Shown here in pieces: positions 10,916-20,360 of a DNA stretch of 64,000 bases. The notes under the pieces were generated by a model. That model did no database searches. It was not told the origin of the DNA and saw only the letters and a list, made by a program, of their open reading frames with translations. The translations under genes and the position numbers were made by a program. The stretch is from an uncultured Holophaga sp. (GTDB lineage: Bacteria; Acidobacteriota; Holophagae; Holophagales; Holophagaceae), in the NCBI GenBank assembly GCA_963664825.1, contig OY761614.1:1184001-1248000 (forward strand), in the 5' to 3' direction. The stretch's first letter is position 1. Each line of letters opens with the position of its first letter.

Positions 10916-11389
10916 TCAGAAAGAGAGGCGTTCCCGGCCCTCAGGAGCGCATTGGGCTTGGAGGGCGCGCCAGGGCTCCATCACGAAATCCCGCTGAAGG
11001 GCTCGGGGATGGGGCAGTTCCAGCACCAGCTCCCCCCAGGGCACAGCCAGATCCTCGGGCCGGGGCCATCGCCAGGTGCCTCGGAGCCCTTCGATGGCGA
11101 TGAGATCCAGATCGAGAGTGCGGGGGGCGTTGCGTCCCCCGTGGCGATCCCGTCCCTCCGCCAGCTCGAGGCGGAAGAGGGCCTCCAGGAGGCGCCGGGG
11201 GTCGGTCTCCTCGGATTCCAGCAGGGCGATGGTGTTCAGGTAGGCGGGGCCCAAACCCGATTCGTCCGGGGTCTCTAGCACCAGGGGGGAAGGCCTCAGG
11301 ACCCCCAGGCCCCGGAGCCCCTCCAGACCCGCCTCCAGATGGGCCTGGCGATCCCCGAGATTGGAGCCGAGGGCGATGAGCGATTTCAC
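10916..11389 (-). CDS. folK: 2-amino-4-hydroxy-6-hydroxymethyldihydropteridine diphosphokinase
   Basis: IALGSNLGD, YLN, PRTLDLDL, LPHPR...RDFV. Confidence 0.92.
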   Translation of the reverse strand: MKSLIALGSNLGDRQAHLEAGLEGLRGLGVLRPSPLVLETPDESGLGPAYLNTIALLESEETDPRRLLEALFRLELAEGRDRHGGRNAPRTLDLDLIAIEGLRGTWRWPRPEDLAVPWGELVLELPHPRALQRDFVMEPWRALQAQCAPEGRERLSF

Positions 11390-11391
11390 GC

Positions 11392-12531
11392 TCAGTCCTC
11401 GATGTAGTGGGGCAGGAAGGAGCTGCCGTTATCGGTGATGGGCCCGGAGGCCTCGCGGATGCCCATGCCCGCCGGTTCCCCGTCCACCACCCAGGAGCCC
11501 AGCACGGGCTGGAAGCCCTCGAAGGAGGGCAACGGAGCGTAGGCCTGGAAGACATGGCCCTCGGCGCCGTAGCATTCCAGATTCTCCCCCGCCTCTACAC
11601 GGGAGCCCCGGTGGATCTCGACGTTCGCCCCCTCCCGAGCCAGGATGGGCTTCTTCACGTAGGAGCCCAGTTCCCGGGGGCCGTCCAGATAGGTCGGCAG
11701 GAGGTAAGGGCAATCGGGGAAGAGCTCCCACAGGATCGCCAGCAGGGCCTTGTTGCTGAGGAGCATCTTCCAGGCGGGTTCCAGGAAGATGCAGGGGCGG
11801 GGCTCCCGGGCCAGATGGGCGCCGAAGGCGTCCTTCCACATGAACTCCCAGGGGTAGAGTTTGAAGGCCGCCCGCACAGGCCGACCATCCAGATCCACGA
11901 ACTGATTCCCATCCCAGCCCAGGTCCTCCAGGGCCATCTGGGCCGTGGAAAGGCCCGCCTGGTCGGCCGTATCCCGCAGGTAGGCCACGGTCTGGTGATC
12001 CTCCCAGGTGTCCTGGTAGAGGAAGTAGATCGTGCCCACGGGCAAATAGCCCGCCGCCCGCCTCCAGGCTTCCACCAGGCGCTCGTGGAGGGAATTGAAC
12101 TGGTCCTTGCCCGGGAGGCGCTGTTCCAGCCAGTACCACTGGGCGATGGAGGCCTCCACCAGGGACGTGGGGGTGTCGGCGTTGTACTCCAGCAGCTTGG
12201 GGAAGCCCGTGCCGTTATAGGCCAGATCGAAACGCCCATAGATGGAGACCTCGTCCCGCTCCCAGCTCTCCCGGATGAGGGGGATCAGCTCCGAAGGAAT
12301 ACCGTATTCCTGGAAGCGCCCCCGCTCCAGCACGTGTTCCACGGCCTTCAGGCAGAGCCTCTGGAGTTCAAGGGTGGCGCGCTCCAACACATCGATCTCG
12401 CCCTTGGAGAAGACGTAGCAGGCGTCCTCCCGCCAGTAGGGGCGGCCATCGTCGTGGGTGTGGTAATTGAGGCCCTGAGCTTCCAGGCGGGCCTTCCAGT
12501 CGGGACGGGGACTGATTACCTGACGACGCAT
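11392..12531 (-). CDS. Glutathionylspermidine synthase family ATP-grasp ligase (YgiC/YjfC-like)
   Basis: YGRFDLAY, KLLEYNADTPTSL.EA, QFNSLHE, FKLYPWE, EPAWK.LLSNK, KP..AREGANV, F.PH. Confidence 0.92.
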   Translation of the reverse strand: MRRQVISPRPDWKARLEAQGLNYHTHDDGRPYWREDACYVFSKGEIDVLERATLELQRLCLKAVEHVLERGRFQEYGIPSELIPLIRESWERDEVSIYGRFDLAYNGTGFPKLLEYNADTPTSLVEASIAQWYWLEQRLPGKDQFNSLHERLVEAWRRAAGYLPVGTIYFLYQDTWEDHQTVAYLRDTADQAGLSTAQMALEDLGWDGNQFVDLDGRPVRAAFKLYPWEFMWKDAFGAHLAREPRPCIFLEPAWKMLLSNKALLAILWELFPDCPYLLPTYLDGPRELGSYVKKPILAREGANVEIHRGSRVEAGENLECYGAEGHVFQAYAPLPSFEGFQPVLGSWVVDGEPAGMGIREASGPITDNGSSFLPHYIED

Positions 12532-12532
12532 C

Positions 12533-13432
12533 CTAGCTCCCCGCGTGGCCCGCGACATGACCTGCCGCCCCGAAGCCGCCCCGGGAGAGGCTTCCCATGG
12601 GCGCTCTCCCCGAGACCCCTGCCCCCCGGGCCGTGAAGGCCTGGCCCGGCAGGGGACCCACCTGGCTGGCCACGGGAGGCCGCCAGGCGCTCCCCCCCAG
12701 GAAGACCATGGAACGCCCGCCGGTGGCGGCGGCTGCCCCCCGGAAGGGCTGGGCATCCTCGGGCCGCATGGGATGGCCCGGATCCTGGAAGCGGAAGCCC
12801 GGCGCCATGGGGCGGAAGCCCTGGCCAGGCCAGAAGCCCATGGCCGAGGGACGACCGAACAGGAAGTGCCAGAGCAGGTAGTCGTCCAGCCAACTGCGAT
12901 GCCCCCAGGAAGCGCCGTGGCGGTATCCGGGATCCTGGCGGCGGATGGCCTCGACCTCGGATTCCAGGCCGTGGCGGCGCGCCAGGACCTGCATCTTCTG
13001 GGCGTCCAGGTAATCGATCACCCACAGGAATTCCCCATTCTCATGGAGATCGCCCTCCTCATCCGGCGCCACGTCCCGGAGCCGTTCGGCCGTGAGTTGT
13101 TTGAGGTAGGCGTTCCCCCGCAGTTTCTCCCGCACCGACACGCCCACCAGGAAGAGGTTCGGCGTGAGGGCCGTGAAGGTGCTGCCCTCCAGGTTCAGAT
13201 CGGCGTGATGCTCGGCCATGAAGGCCTCCGTGGCCGCCCGCACCTGGTTCAGCACCAGTTCCGTGGGGGCCTGGGTCTCGGCCTCCCGCCGCAGGGAATC
13301 CTCCAGCTGACGCTGGCGGGCCTTTTCCGCGGCCTCACGTTGACGGCTGGCTTCGGTGTCACAGCCCGTGATCCCGGCCGAAAGGGTGAGGATGGCCACC
13401 AGGGGAGGCGTCAGTGTCCGGTAGGCGCTCAT
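12533..13432 (-). CDS. Lipoprotein with low-complexity C-terminal SRGGFG tail (YgiB/DUF1190-like partner)
   Basis: Lipobox ITGC; ends [23 protein letters not shown] overlap with queF; ends 1 nt before the GSP-synthase start. Confidence 0.75.
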   Translation of the reverse strand: MSAYRTLTPPLVAILTLSAGITGCDTEASRQREAAEKARQRQLEDSLRREAETQAPTELVLNQVRAATEAFMAEHHADLNLEGSTFTALTPNLFLVGVSVREKLRGNAYLKQLTAERLRDVAPDEEGDLHENGEFLWVIDYLDAQKMQVLARRHGLESEVEAIRRQDPGYRHGASWGHRSWLDDYLLWHFLFGRPSAMGFWPGQGFRPMAPGFRFQDPGHPMRPEDAQPFRGAAAATGGRSMVFLGGSAWRPPVASQVGPLPGQAFTARGAGVSGRAPMGSLSRGGFGAAGHVAGHAGS

Positions 13433-13836
13433 TTCCGCTGCCCGTGTTCGGCCACCACCAGGGTACGGATGCCGCCCCGGATGAGGAAGTCCCCCTCGAT
13501 GCGCATCCACTGAGGGTTCAAGGCCGCCACCAGATCATCCAGGATCTGGTTGGTGACGGCCTCGTGGAAGGCCCCCTCGTTGCGGAAGCTCCAGAGGTAG
13601 AGCTTGAGGCTCTTGCTCTCCACGCAGAGCTGATCGGGCTGGTAGGTGATGCGCAGCTTGGCGAAATCCGGCTGACCGGTCATGGGGCAGAGGCAGGTGA
13701 ATTCTTCGGTCTCGAAGACGATCTCGAAGGGCCTGCCAGGACGGGGGCTGGCGAAGGTGTCCAGGTGCTTCGAAGGCTCGGTCACCTTGCGCTTGGGCAG
13801 TGTCTTGAGTGTGGGTTCCATCTTCTTGGTGGCCAT
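13429..13836 (-). CDS. queF: NADPH-dependent preQ0 reductase
   Basis: [32 protein letters not shown]. Confidence 0.96.
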   Translation of the reverse strand: MATKKMEPTLKTLPKRKVTEPSKHLDTFASPRPGRPFEIVFETEEFTCLCPMTGQPDFAKLRITYQPDQLCVESKSLKLYLWSFRNEGAFHEAVTNQILDDLVAALNPQWMRIEGDFLIRGGIRTLVVAEHGQRK

Positions 13837-13846
13837 GGCGCTCTCG

Positions 13847-14545
13847 TCAGGTGCGGAGGTTATCGGGGATATAAGAATAGGGAATGGGATCGGGCCTGCC
13901 CGCTTCCTGGAAACCTCTCAGGCGCAGGAGACAGGAATCGCAGCGGCCACAGGCCTCCTCCTGGCCCTGGTAGCAGCTCCAGGAGAGCTGGAGGGGAGCC
14001 CCCAGGGCCAGCCCCCGAGCCACGATCTGGGACTTCTTCAGGTGGATGAGGGGCGCGTGGAACTTCAGCTGCGTCTCGGGCTTGGTGCCCAGATTGGCGG
14101 TGGCCTCGAAGGACTCGAGGAAGACCTCCCGGCAATCCGGATAGCCGCTGCTATCCTCCTCCACGAAACCCACGAAGATGTGGCGAGCCCGCAGCACCTC
14201 GGCCCAGCTCACGGCCGTGGCCAGCAGGTGCGCGTTGCGGAAGGGCACGTAGCTCACGGGCACGCCCTCCCGATGCAGATTCCCCTCGGGCAGGGGGATG
14301 CTCGCGTCCGTGAGGGCCGAGCCGCCGATCTTGCGGAGGTTCTCGAAGCTGATGACAAGGCGACGGGCCTCGGGCACGCCATAGAAATCGGCGATGGCCT
14401 CGAAGGCGCGCCGCTCACGCTGTTCGGTGAGCTGGCCGTAGTCCGCGTGGAGCAGGGCCAGTTCGAAGCCTGCCTCCTTGGCCATGGCGGTGGCCACACA
14501 GGAATCGAGGCCGCCGGAGAGGGATACCAGGGCGAGTTCAGCCAT
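13847..14545 (-). CDS. queC: 7-cyano-7-deazaguanine synthase
   Basis: SGGLDS, YGQ, YVPFRN, GYPDCR, SCY...CGRCDSC. Confidence 0.96.
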   Translation of the reverse strand: MAELALVSLSGGLDSCVATAMAKEAGFELALLHADYGQLTEQRERRAFEAIADFYGVPEARRLVISFENLRKIGGSALTDASIPLPEGNLHREGVPVSYVPFRNAHLLATAVSWAEVLRARHIFVGFVEEDSSGYPDCREVFLESFEATANLGTKPETQLKFHAPLIHLKKSQIVARGLALGAPLQLSWSCYQGQEEACGRCDSCLLRLRGFQEAGRPDPIPYSYIPDNLRT

Positions 14546-15263
14546 GCTGGAAGCCCTCGGCTTGAGTCTCCAGGAGATTCAAGGTCTCCTCCAGGGAGGC
14601 CAGGAGGGCGTCTTCCTCCTGAACGGTGGTCACGCGGAAGGGCTCACCGTAGTGGACGCTGACCTTGGAGAAGGGCTTGGGCACCAGCATCTCGTCCCAG
14701 GTGTGGAGCCTCCAGGCCCGGCTGTAGCCCACGCAGACGGGCACGAGCCAAGCCCCGGTCTTGCGCGAGACGGCAAGTACACCGGCCTTGGCCTTCTGCC
14801 GGGGGCCCCGGGGGCCGTCCACCGTGATGCCCAGATCCCAGCCCTGCTTGACGATCTGGATCATCCTCACCAGAGCCTGGGCGCCGCTATGGCCCGCGGT
14901 GCCCCGCACCGCGTGGATGCCCAGCCAGCGCCAGGTGGCCGCGCTGCGTTCGCCGTCCTTGCTATCGCTGGAGAGGATGGCCACACCGCGCCGTTCGCCA
15001 GCTGCGTTCTTCCGCTTGAAGGGATAGGCCAGGGGCATCATCACCAGGCGGCGATGCCAGAAGGAGAGCACGAAGCGCTCGTCCCGGTCCACGAAGCCCT
15101 GCACGGCCTCGAAGCCCACACGCTCTACCCGCAGGGTCCCCTTGAGCAGCCAGTGGCAGCAGAAGACGAGGAAGGGCACCATCCGGAAATTCACCCACTG
15201 GGAGAAGGGTGAGCCCAGGGGCCGTCCCCGGTCGGCGATCTGCACATCGGGTCTAATGGGCAT
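14538..15263 (-). CDS. DUF374 / lysophospholipid acyltransferase family protein
   Basis: FWH, S.SKDGE, VRG, DGPRGP, WD...PKPFS. Confidence 0.85.
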   Translation of the reverse strand: MPIRPDVQIADRGRPLGSPFSQWVNFRMVPFLVFCCHWLLKGTLRVERVGFEAVQGFVDRDERFVLSFWHRRLVMMPLAYPFKRKNAAGERRGVAILSSDSKDGERSAATWRWLGIHAVRGTAGHSGAQALVRMIQIVKQGWDLGITVDGPRGPRQKAKAGVLAVSRKTGAWLVPVCVGYSRAWRLHTWDEMLVPKPFSKVSVHYGEPFRVTTVQEEDALLASLEETLNLLETQAEGFQHG

Positions 15264-16086
15264 CGCGCATCACCTCCTGGCGATGGATCGCGAAGGCCTT
15301 CCCGCAGTATTCGCAGCGGACCTCCGCGGAACGGCCTTCGGCAAAGATCTCTTCGAGTTTCGCCTCTGAAAAGCGGCCGAGAGTTTCCAGCAGCGAAGCC
15401 TTGCTGCACCGGCAGCGGTATTCGATCTCCTGGGTGGAGAGGAGGGTCGCCTCCTGGCCCTGGTTGACCCAGCGGAGCAGGAATTCCGGATCCCGCTCCC
15501 AGTGGGGCACCACATCGAGGCCTTCGATGGCCGCCACCAGGCTCTGCATGCGCTCCAGGGGGCACTGGGGCAGGGGTTCCACCAGAAGGCCTCCCCCTTC
15601 GCCGGTGGCCGGGTCGCACCAGACCGTGAGGCTCGCCTGGATCTGCTCCGAATGCTGCAGGTAGGCCTCGATCTGCTGGGAGATGCCTCCCTCCACCAGG
15701 GGTAGCCTTCCGATGTAGGGTTCCCCCTTCGGGCCGGAACGCATCACCTGGAGCAGGCCCGGGGCTGCCACCCAGGGGCCCTGAAGGCCTTCGGCCTCGT
15801 CGAGCATCCCTCGCACCATGCCATCCGGCCAGGCATCGGAGACCAGGACCTTAGCCCGCCCGGCCCCGCGCACCAGAATCTGCAACCGTTCTTCGAAAAG
15901 GCCCCGGGACTGGCAGAGGAGGGTCGCCGCCAGGAGTTCCACTAGGCAGGCGCAAGCCTCGGCCTCCAGATGGGGATGGCCCATCCGCACGCCATTCCAA
16001 AGCGGACGGGCGTCCAGGGCGGCCAGGCGAATGTGATGATCAGTCGTGAGGGCCCGGACGACCCGGGCCGAAGAGGATTCCGTCAT
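15253..16086 (-). CDS. hslO: Hsp33 redox-regulated chaperone
   Basis: YL..SEQI, GGLLVEPLP, CRCS and CEYC zinc motif. Confidence 0.9.
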   Translation of the reverse strand: MTESSSARVVRALTTDHHIRLAALDARPLWNGVRMGHPHLEAEACACLVELLAATLLCQSRGLFEERLQILVRGAGRAKVLVSDAWPDGMVRGMLDEAEGLQGPWVAAPGLLQVMRSGPKGEPYIGRLPLVEGGISQQIEAYLQHSEQIQASLTVWCDPATGEGGGLLVEPLPQCPLERMQSLVAAIEGLDVVPHWERDPEFLLRWVNQGQEATLLSTQEIEYRCRCSKASLLETLGRFSEAKLEEIFAEGRSAEVRCEYCGKAFAIHRQEVMRDAH

Positions 16087-16149
16087 GGCACCAGTGTAGC
16101 GGGTGCCCGGCTGTCGCTTCGGGTACCCTCATAAGATCTGGATGCGCCC

Positions 16150-17418
16150 ATGCCCACTGAAAGTAGAACCCGAGTCGCCGCTGCCCTCCATGCCGTCTTT
16201 GGACGCACCTACCGGGTGCCCGATGCCTGGGATGCAGGGCTTTCTTCTGAGGACGCGGCCTTGGCCCAGGCCATCTTGGGGCTCTGTTTGAGGAACTGGG
16301 GGCGCCTCCATCGCTGGTTCCGCCCTCGTCTCAAGAACCCCGATCGGGATATCCCCCTGGGCAGCCGGGTGGCCCTGACCATGGGTCTCGTCCAACTGGC
16401 CTGGCTCTCAGGGGTACTGACCCATGCCGCGGTGAACGAATCGGTCCTGCTGGCCGCCGATCCCCAAATCGGCTTCCCGCCCCACAAGGGGCTGGTGAAC
16501 GCGCTGCTGCGCCAGGCCTCCAAGGACCGTTCCGCCCTCCAGGCCGAACTCGAGGCCCTGCCCCCCTCCCTGGATCGCACCGAATTCACCCATCGCGCGC
16601 TGAGCGCGGCCCTCGAGGGTCAGGAGGATCGTCTGGAGGAGCTCTGGCGCTCCCTGCAGGAGCCCCCTCGCCCCAGCTTCCGGGCCCTCAGCCCTGCCCC
16701 ACTCCCGGAGGGGCTGGAACCGGATCCCCTCTTCCCCCAGGCCCTGCGCCTTGTCGAGGGGGCGCCCTTCCCCAGGACCTGGCTGGCCGAGGGCCACGGC
16801 ATGGTCCAGGATCTCAGTTCCCAGGCCATGATGGCCTTCGAGTGGAAGGGACAGCCCACCCACATCCTGGACGCCTGCGCCGCCCCCGGGGGGAAGACCA
16901 CCGCCCTCGCCCAGCGCTGGCCAAAAGCCGAGCTGCTCGCTCTGGAATCCGATGGGAAGCGCGCCCGGCGCCTGGAGGAGAACCTGGCGCTCCGCCGCGT
17001 CAAGGCCCAGGTGATCCCCGAAGAGGCCAGTGCCTGGCTGCGCCAGGATGGGAGCCCCTTCGAACTGATCCTGGTGGACGCCCCCTGCTCGGGCTCGGGC
17101 ACCCTGCGGAAGCATCCCGAGCTGAACTGGCTGGGGGACTTCCTCGATCTGCCCCGGCTGGTGCGGAATCAGCGGGCCATCCTGGAGGCCGCCCTGCCCC
17201 GGCTCGCCCCCGGTGGATTACTGATCTACGCCGTCTGTTCCTGGCTCCCCGAGGAGGGACTCGCCCATCGGCAGTTCCTCCTGGAGCAGCATCCCGAACT
17301 GCGGCCCGCCGAACTCTGGCCTCCAACTCTCGGCACCGGCAGCCTCTTCCGGCCCAATCCCATGACCTGGCCGGGAGAGGGCTTCCAGGCCTTCGGTTTC
17401 ACCCGTCCCGGAGCCTGA
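16150..17418 (+). CDS. rsmB: 16S rRNA m5C methyltransferase RsmB/Sun family (NusB-like N-terminal domain)
   Basis: HAAVNESV, GLVNALLR, VQD, LDACAAPGGKT, DAPCSGSG, YAVCS. Confidence 0.85.
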   Translation: MPTESRTRVAAALHAVFGRTYRVPDAWDAGLSSEDAALAQAILGLCLRNWGRLHRWFRPRLKNPDRDIPLGSRVALTMGLVQLAWLSGVLTHAAVNESVLLAADPQIGFPPHKGLVNALLRQASKDRSALQAELEALPPSLDRTEFTHRALSAALEGQEDRLEELWRSLQEPPRPSFRALSPAPLPEGLEPDPLFPQALRLVEGAPFPRTWLAEGHGMVQDLSSQAMMAFEWKGQPTHILDACAAPGGKTTALAQRWPKAELLALESDGKRARRLEENLALRRVKAQVIPEEASAWLRQDGSPFELILVDAPCSGSGTLRKHPELNWLGDFLDLPRLVRNQRAILEAALPRLAPGGLLIYAVCSWLPEEGLAHRQFLLEQHPELRPAELWPPTLGTGSLFRPNPMTWPGEGFQAFGFTRPGA

Positions 17419-17449
17419 TCCCGAATTCGGGATGCGTGCAGGAGACGCC

Positions 17450-19045
17450 ATGCTCGGCCATCTACCCATAACCTGCCTTTTTTCTGCGGCCCTGGCGGCC
17501 CAGGCTCCTGTGGCCCAAGAGGCTCCCCTGCGGGCCCATATGGCCTTCCTGGCCGATGATCTGCTGGAAGGCCGGGGCCCGGGTACCCGGGGAGGGCGCC
17601 TCGCGGCCCGCTACCTCGAAGCCCAGCTCCAGGCCCTGGGCCTGCGCCCGGCCTTCGGAACGTCCTTTCTGCAGCCCGTGAAGCTCCTGGGCATCCGCAC
17701 CCTCAGCGCTGGCACGCATCTCTCGTTCCTGGGCCCTGGGGGCGAGCTCGATTTCAAATGGGATCAGGATTTCCTGGTGGGCAGCGGAGCGCCAGTCTCG
17801 GAGCTGAAACTGGATGCCCCCCTTCTCTTCGTGGGCCATGGCATCACCCTGGGGGACCGGGACGACTTCAAGGACATGGATGTGCAAGGGAAGATCCTGG
17901 TGGCCCTGGTGGGCGATCGCCCCGGAGAAGCGCCGGATTGGGGCGGCCCCGGCCACTTCAAAGGACGATGGACCGCCAAGCTCGACGAAGCGCGCCGCCG
18001 GGGCGCCGCCGGCATCCTGCTCATCCACATGCCTGCTCGGGCGGGCTACGGATGGGACGTGGTGCGTTCCGGATGGACCTCCGAGCGCTTCCAGCGGGAT
18101 CCGGCTCCGGCCAAGGCCGGGCTCCAGGGATGGATCACCGAGGGTGCCGCCCGGAAGCTCTTCAGCGCCTCGGGCTTGGATTTCGATAGGCTCTGCCAAG
18201 CCGCCAATGGCCGGGACTTCAGGCCCATTGCCCTGGGTGTGCGCCTGAAGGGCACGCTAAGGAGCGCCTTGCGCCGCTTCGAAGACCTGAACGTGGCGGG
18301 GGTCCTGCCGGGCACGGACCCCGCACTCCAGAAGGAACTGATCATCTATTCCGCCCACTGGGATCACTTGGGCGTGGAACCCACCACGGGGCGGATCTTC
18401 CACGGGGCCGTGGACAACGCCTCGGGCTGCGCCGGCGTCCTGGCCCTCGCCCAGGCCCTGCGGCCTCAGGCCCTCCGCCGCAGCCAGATGTTCCTCTTCA
18501 CCTGCGCTGAGGAACCGGGCCTATTGGGAGCCGAAGCCTTCGTGGCCGCCAGTCCCTGGCCCCTGGAGCAGATCCTCGCGGTGCTCAATCTGGAGAGTCT
18601 CAATTTCGCGGGGCCCACCCGGAATATCGGGTTAGCGGGTTCCGAGCGCAGCAGTCTGGCGGACCAGGCCCAGCGGATCGCCCGGGAGATGGGCCTCACC
18701 GTCGCCCCCTCCAGGTCCGATTCGGCAGGGCTCGCCTTCCGGGCCGATCACTTCGCCTTCGTGAAGGCCGGCATCCCCGCCTTCTCGCCGGGTTTCTCCC
18801 TGGATGGAGGATGGGATTTCCTGGACCCCCAGCAGGGGAATCTGGCCAAGACCTTCCTGGCCCGGCACTACCACCGGCCCTCGGATATCTATGCCCCCTC
18901 CTGGGATCTGCGAGGCATGCTCCAGCAGGTCCAGTTCGTCCTGAACCTGGGCCTGAGCCTGAGCCTGGCCAATAGCCCGGAACGCCCGGTCTGGAAGGGC
19001 CAGGCTCCCGCCTTCGGCAGCTTCCTTTCGGACCCTAAAAAGTAA
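17450..19045 (+). CDS. M28 family metallopeptidase with PA domain
   Basis: LADDLLEGRGPG, SAHWDHLG, GAVDNASG, AEE.GLLG, RADH, YHRPSD. Confidence 0.9.
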   Translation: MLGHLPITCLFSAALAAQAPVAQEAPLRAHMAFLADDLLEGRGPGTRGGRLAARYLEAQLQALGLRPAFGTSFLQPVKLLGIRTLSAGTHLSFLGPGGELDFKWDQDFLVGSGAPVSELKLDAPLLFVGHGITLGDRDDFKDMDVQGKILVALVGDRPGEAPDWGGPGHFKGRWTAKLDEARRRGAAGILLIHMPARAGYGWDVVRSGWTSERFQRDPAPAKAGLQGWITEGAARKLFSASGLDFDRLCQAANGRDFRPIALGVRLKGTLRSALRRFEDLNVAGVLPGTDPALQKELIIYSAHWDHLGVEPTTGRIFHGAVDNASGCAGVLALAQALRPQALRRSQMFLFTCAEEPGLLGAEAFVAASPWPLEQILAVLNLESLNFAGPTRNIGLAGSERSSLADQAQRIAREMGLTVAPSRSDSAGLAFRADHFAFVKAGIPAFSPGFSLDGGWDFLDPQQGNLAKTFLARHYHRPSDIYAPSWDLRGMLQQVQFVLNLGLSLSLANSPERPVWKGQAPAFGSFLSDPKK

Positions 19046-19068
19046 AGGGCGCGATCCACCGCGCCCTT
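19045..19068. terminator. Hairpin between the convergent M28 peptidase and pilC
   Basis: AAGGGCGCG-ATCCAC-CGCGCCCTT. Confidence 0.55.
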
Positions 19069-19089
19069 CACTCTTCTTAGGATGCTTGA

Positions 19090-20289
19090 TCAGTCCTTGC
19101 CCATGACGTTGGCCAGGTTGAAGATCGGCATATACATGGCGATGACGATGAACCCGATGACCCCGCCCAGGATGGCGATGATCAGGGGTTCCATGAGGGA
19201 CGTGAGGGCCGAGACGGCATTATCCACTTCGTCCTCATAGAAGTCCGCCACCTTATTGAGCATGGCGTCCAGGGCACCGGTGGCCTCGCCCACACCCACC
19301 ATCTGGACCACCATGGGGGGGAAGACCTTGGTCTCCGCCAGGGGCGTGGCGATGTTCCGGCCCTGTTCGACTGCGCTCTTGCACCTGAGGATGGCGTTCT
19401 GGATGACCATATTGCCCGAGGTGCGGGCCGTGATATCCATGCCCTCCAGGATGGGCACGCCGGAGCTGGTGAGGGTCCCCAGGGTGCGGCAGAAGCGCGC
19501 CACGGCCGTCTTCCGAAGGATATCGCCCAGGACGGGGATCTTCAGGAAGATGGTGTCGATCTGCAGGTGCCCGGCGGTGGTCTTGTAATACTGCTTGAGG
19601 CCGATGACGATGGCCGCCACCACGATGCCAACGATCCAGAAGTAGTGAATCAAGACATTGGACATGGCGATGCAGACGATCGTGGGGAAGGGGAGGCTGG
19701 AGCCCATGCCCTCATACATGGCCGAGAACACCGGGATCACCTTGACCATGATGACCACCACCACCACCGCGGCCAGCGTGAGCACGACGATGGGGTAGGT
19801 CATGGCGCCCTTGACCTTGCTGGTCAATTTCACAGCCTTCTCGATGTAGATGGAGAGGCGCTGGAGGATGATATCCAGGATGCCGCCGGCCTCGCCGGCC
19901 CCCACCATGTTCACGTAGAGATCATTGAAGGCCTTGGGATGCTTGGCCATGGCGGCCTGGAGGGTGGCGCCCTGCTCGACGTCGCCGCGCACGGCCTCGA
20001 TGATCTTCTGGAAGCCCTTGTCCTGCTGCTGGGCCCCCAGGATCTCCAGGCACTGCACCAGGGGCAGGCCCGCGTCGATCATCACGCTGAACTGGCGGGT
20101 GAAGATGGCCAGATCCCTGGATTTGACCTTGCCGAAGCTCTTGGTGACCGTGGTCTGAGGCTTGACGAAGAGGACCTGGATGCCGTTGCGTTTGAGCGTA
20201 GCCGAGGCCTGGTCCTTGGTATCGGAGACAATGATCCCCTCCTGGACCTCGCCCAGCCGATTCTTGCCTTTCCATACGTATGCGGGCAT
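19090..20289 (-). CDS. pilC: Type IV pilus platform protein (T2SS F family)
   Basis: FTRQFSVMIDAGLPL, GEAGG, AMTYP, GEATGALD, LMEP, YMPIF; downstream of pilB-pilT. Confidence 0.93.
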   Translation of the reverse strand: MPAYVWKGKNRLGEVQEGIIVSDTKDQASATLKRNGIQVLFVKPQTTVTKSFGKVKSRDLAIFTRQFSVMIDAGLPLVQCLEILGAQQQDKGFQKIIEAVRGDVEQGATLQAAMAKHPKAFNDLYVNMVGAGEAGGILDIILQRLSIYIEKAVKLTSKVKGAMTYPIVVLTLAAVVVVVIMVKVIPVFSAMYEGMGSSLPFPTIVCIAMSNVLIHYFWIVGIVVAAIVIGLKQYYKTTAGHLQIDTIFLKIPVLGDILRKTAVARFCRTLGTLTSSGVPILEGMDITARTSGNMVIQNAILRCKSAVEQGRNIATPLAETKVFPPMVVQMVGVGEATGALDAMLNKVADFYEDEVDNAVSALTSLMEPLIIAILGGVIGFIVIAMYMPIFNLANVMGKD

Positions 20290-20360
20290 GGGGACCTCTT
20301 AGTGAAGAATGGATATTCGTGGACTCAGCATAGGCCGGAAGAGAATCTCGGGGAAGCCCC

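Noticed and set aside
13429..14545. 7-deazaguanine DNA-modification (Dpd) defence system
   Set aside because: No dpdA/tgt-like or other dpd genes nearby; the context is housekeeping queuosine synthesis.
18951..18968. GCCTGA hexamer repeat in the M28 gene as a phase-variation tract
   Set aside because: Only 2-3 in-frame copies; at most a two-residue duplication.
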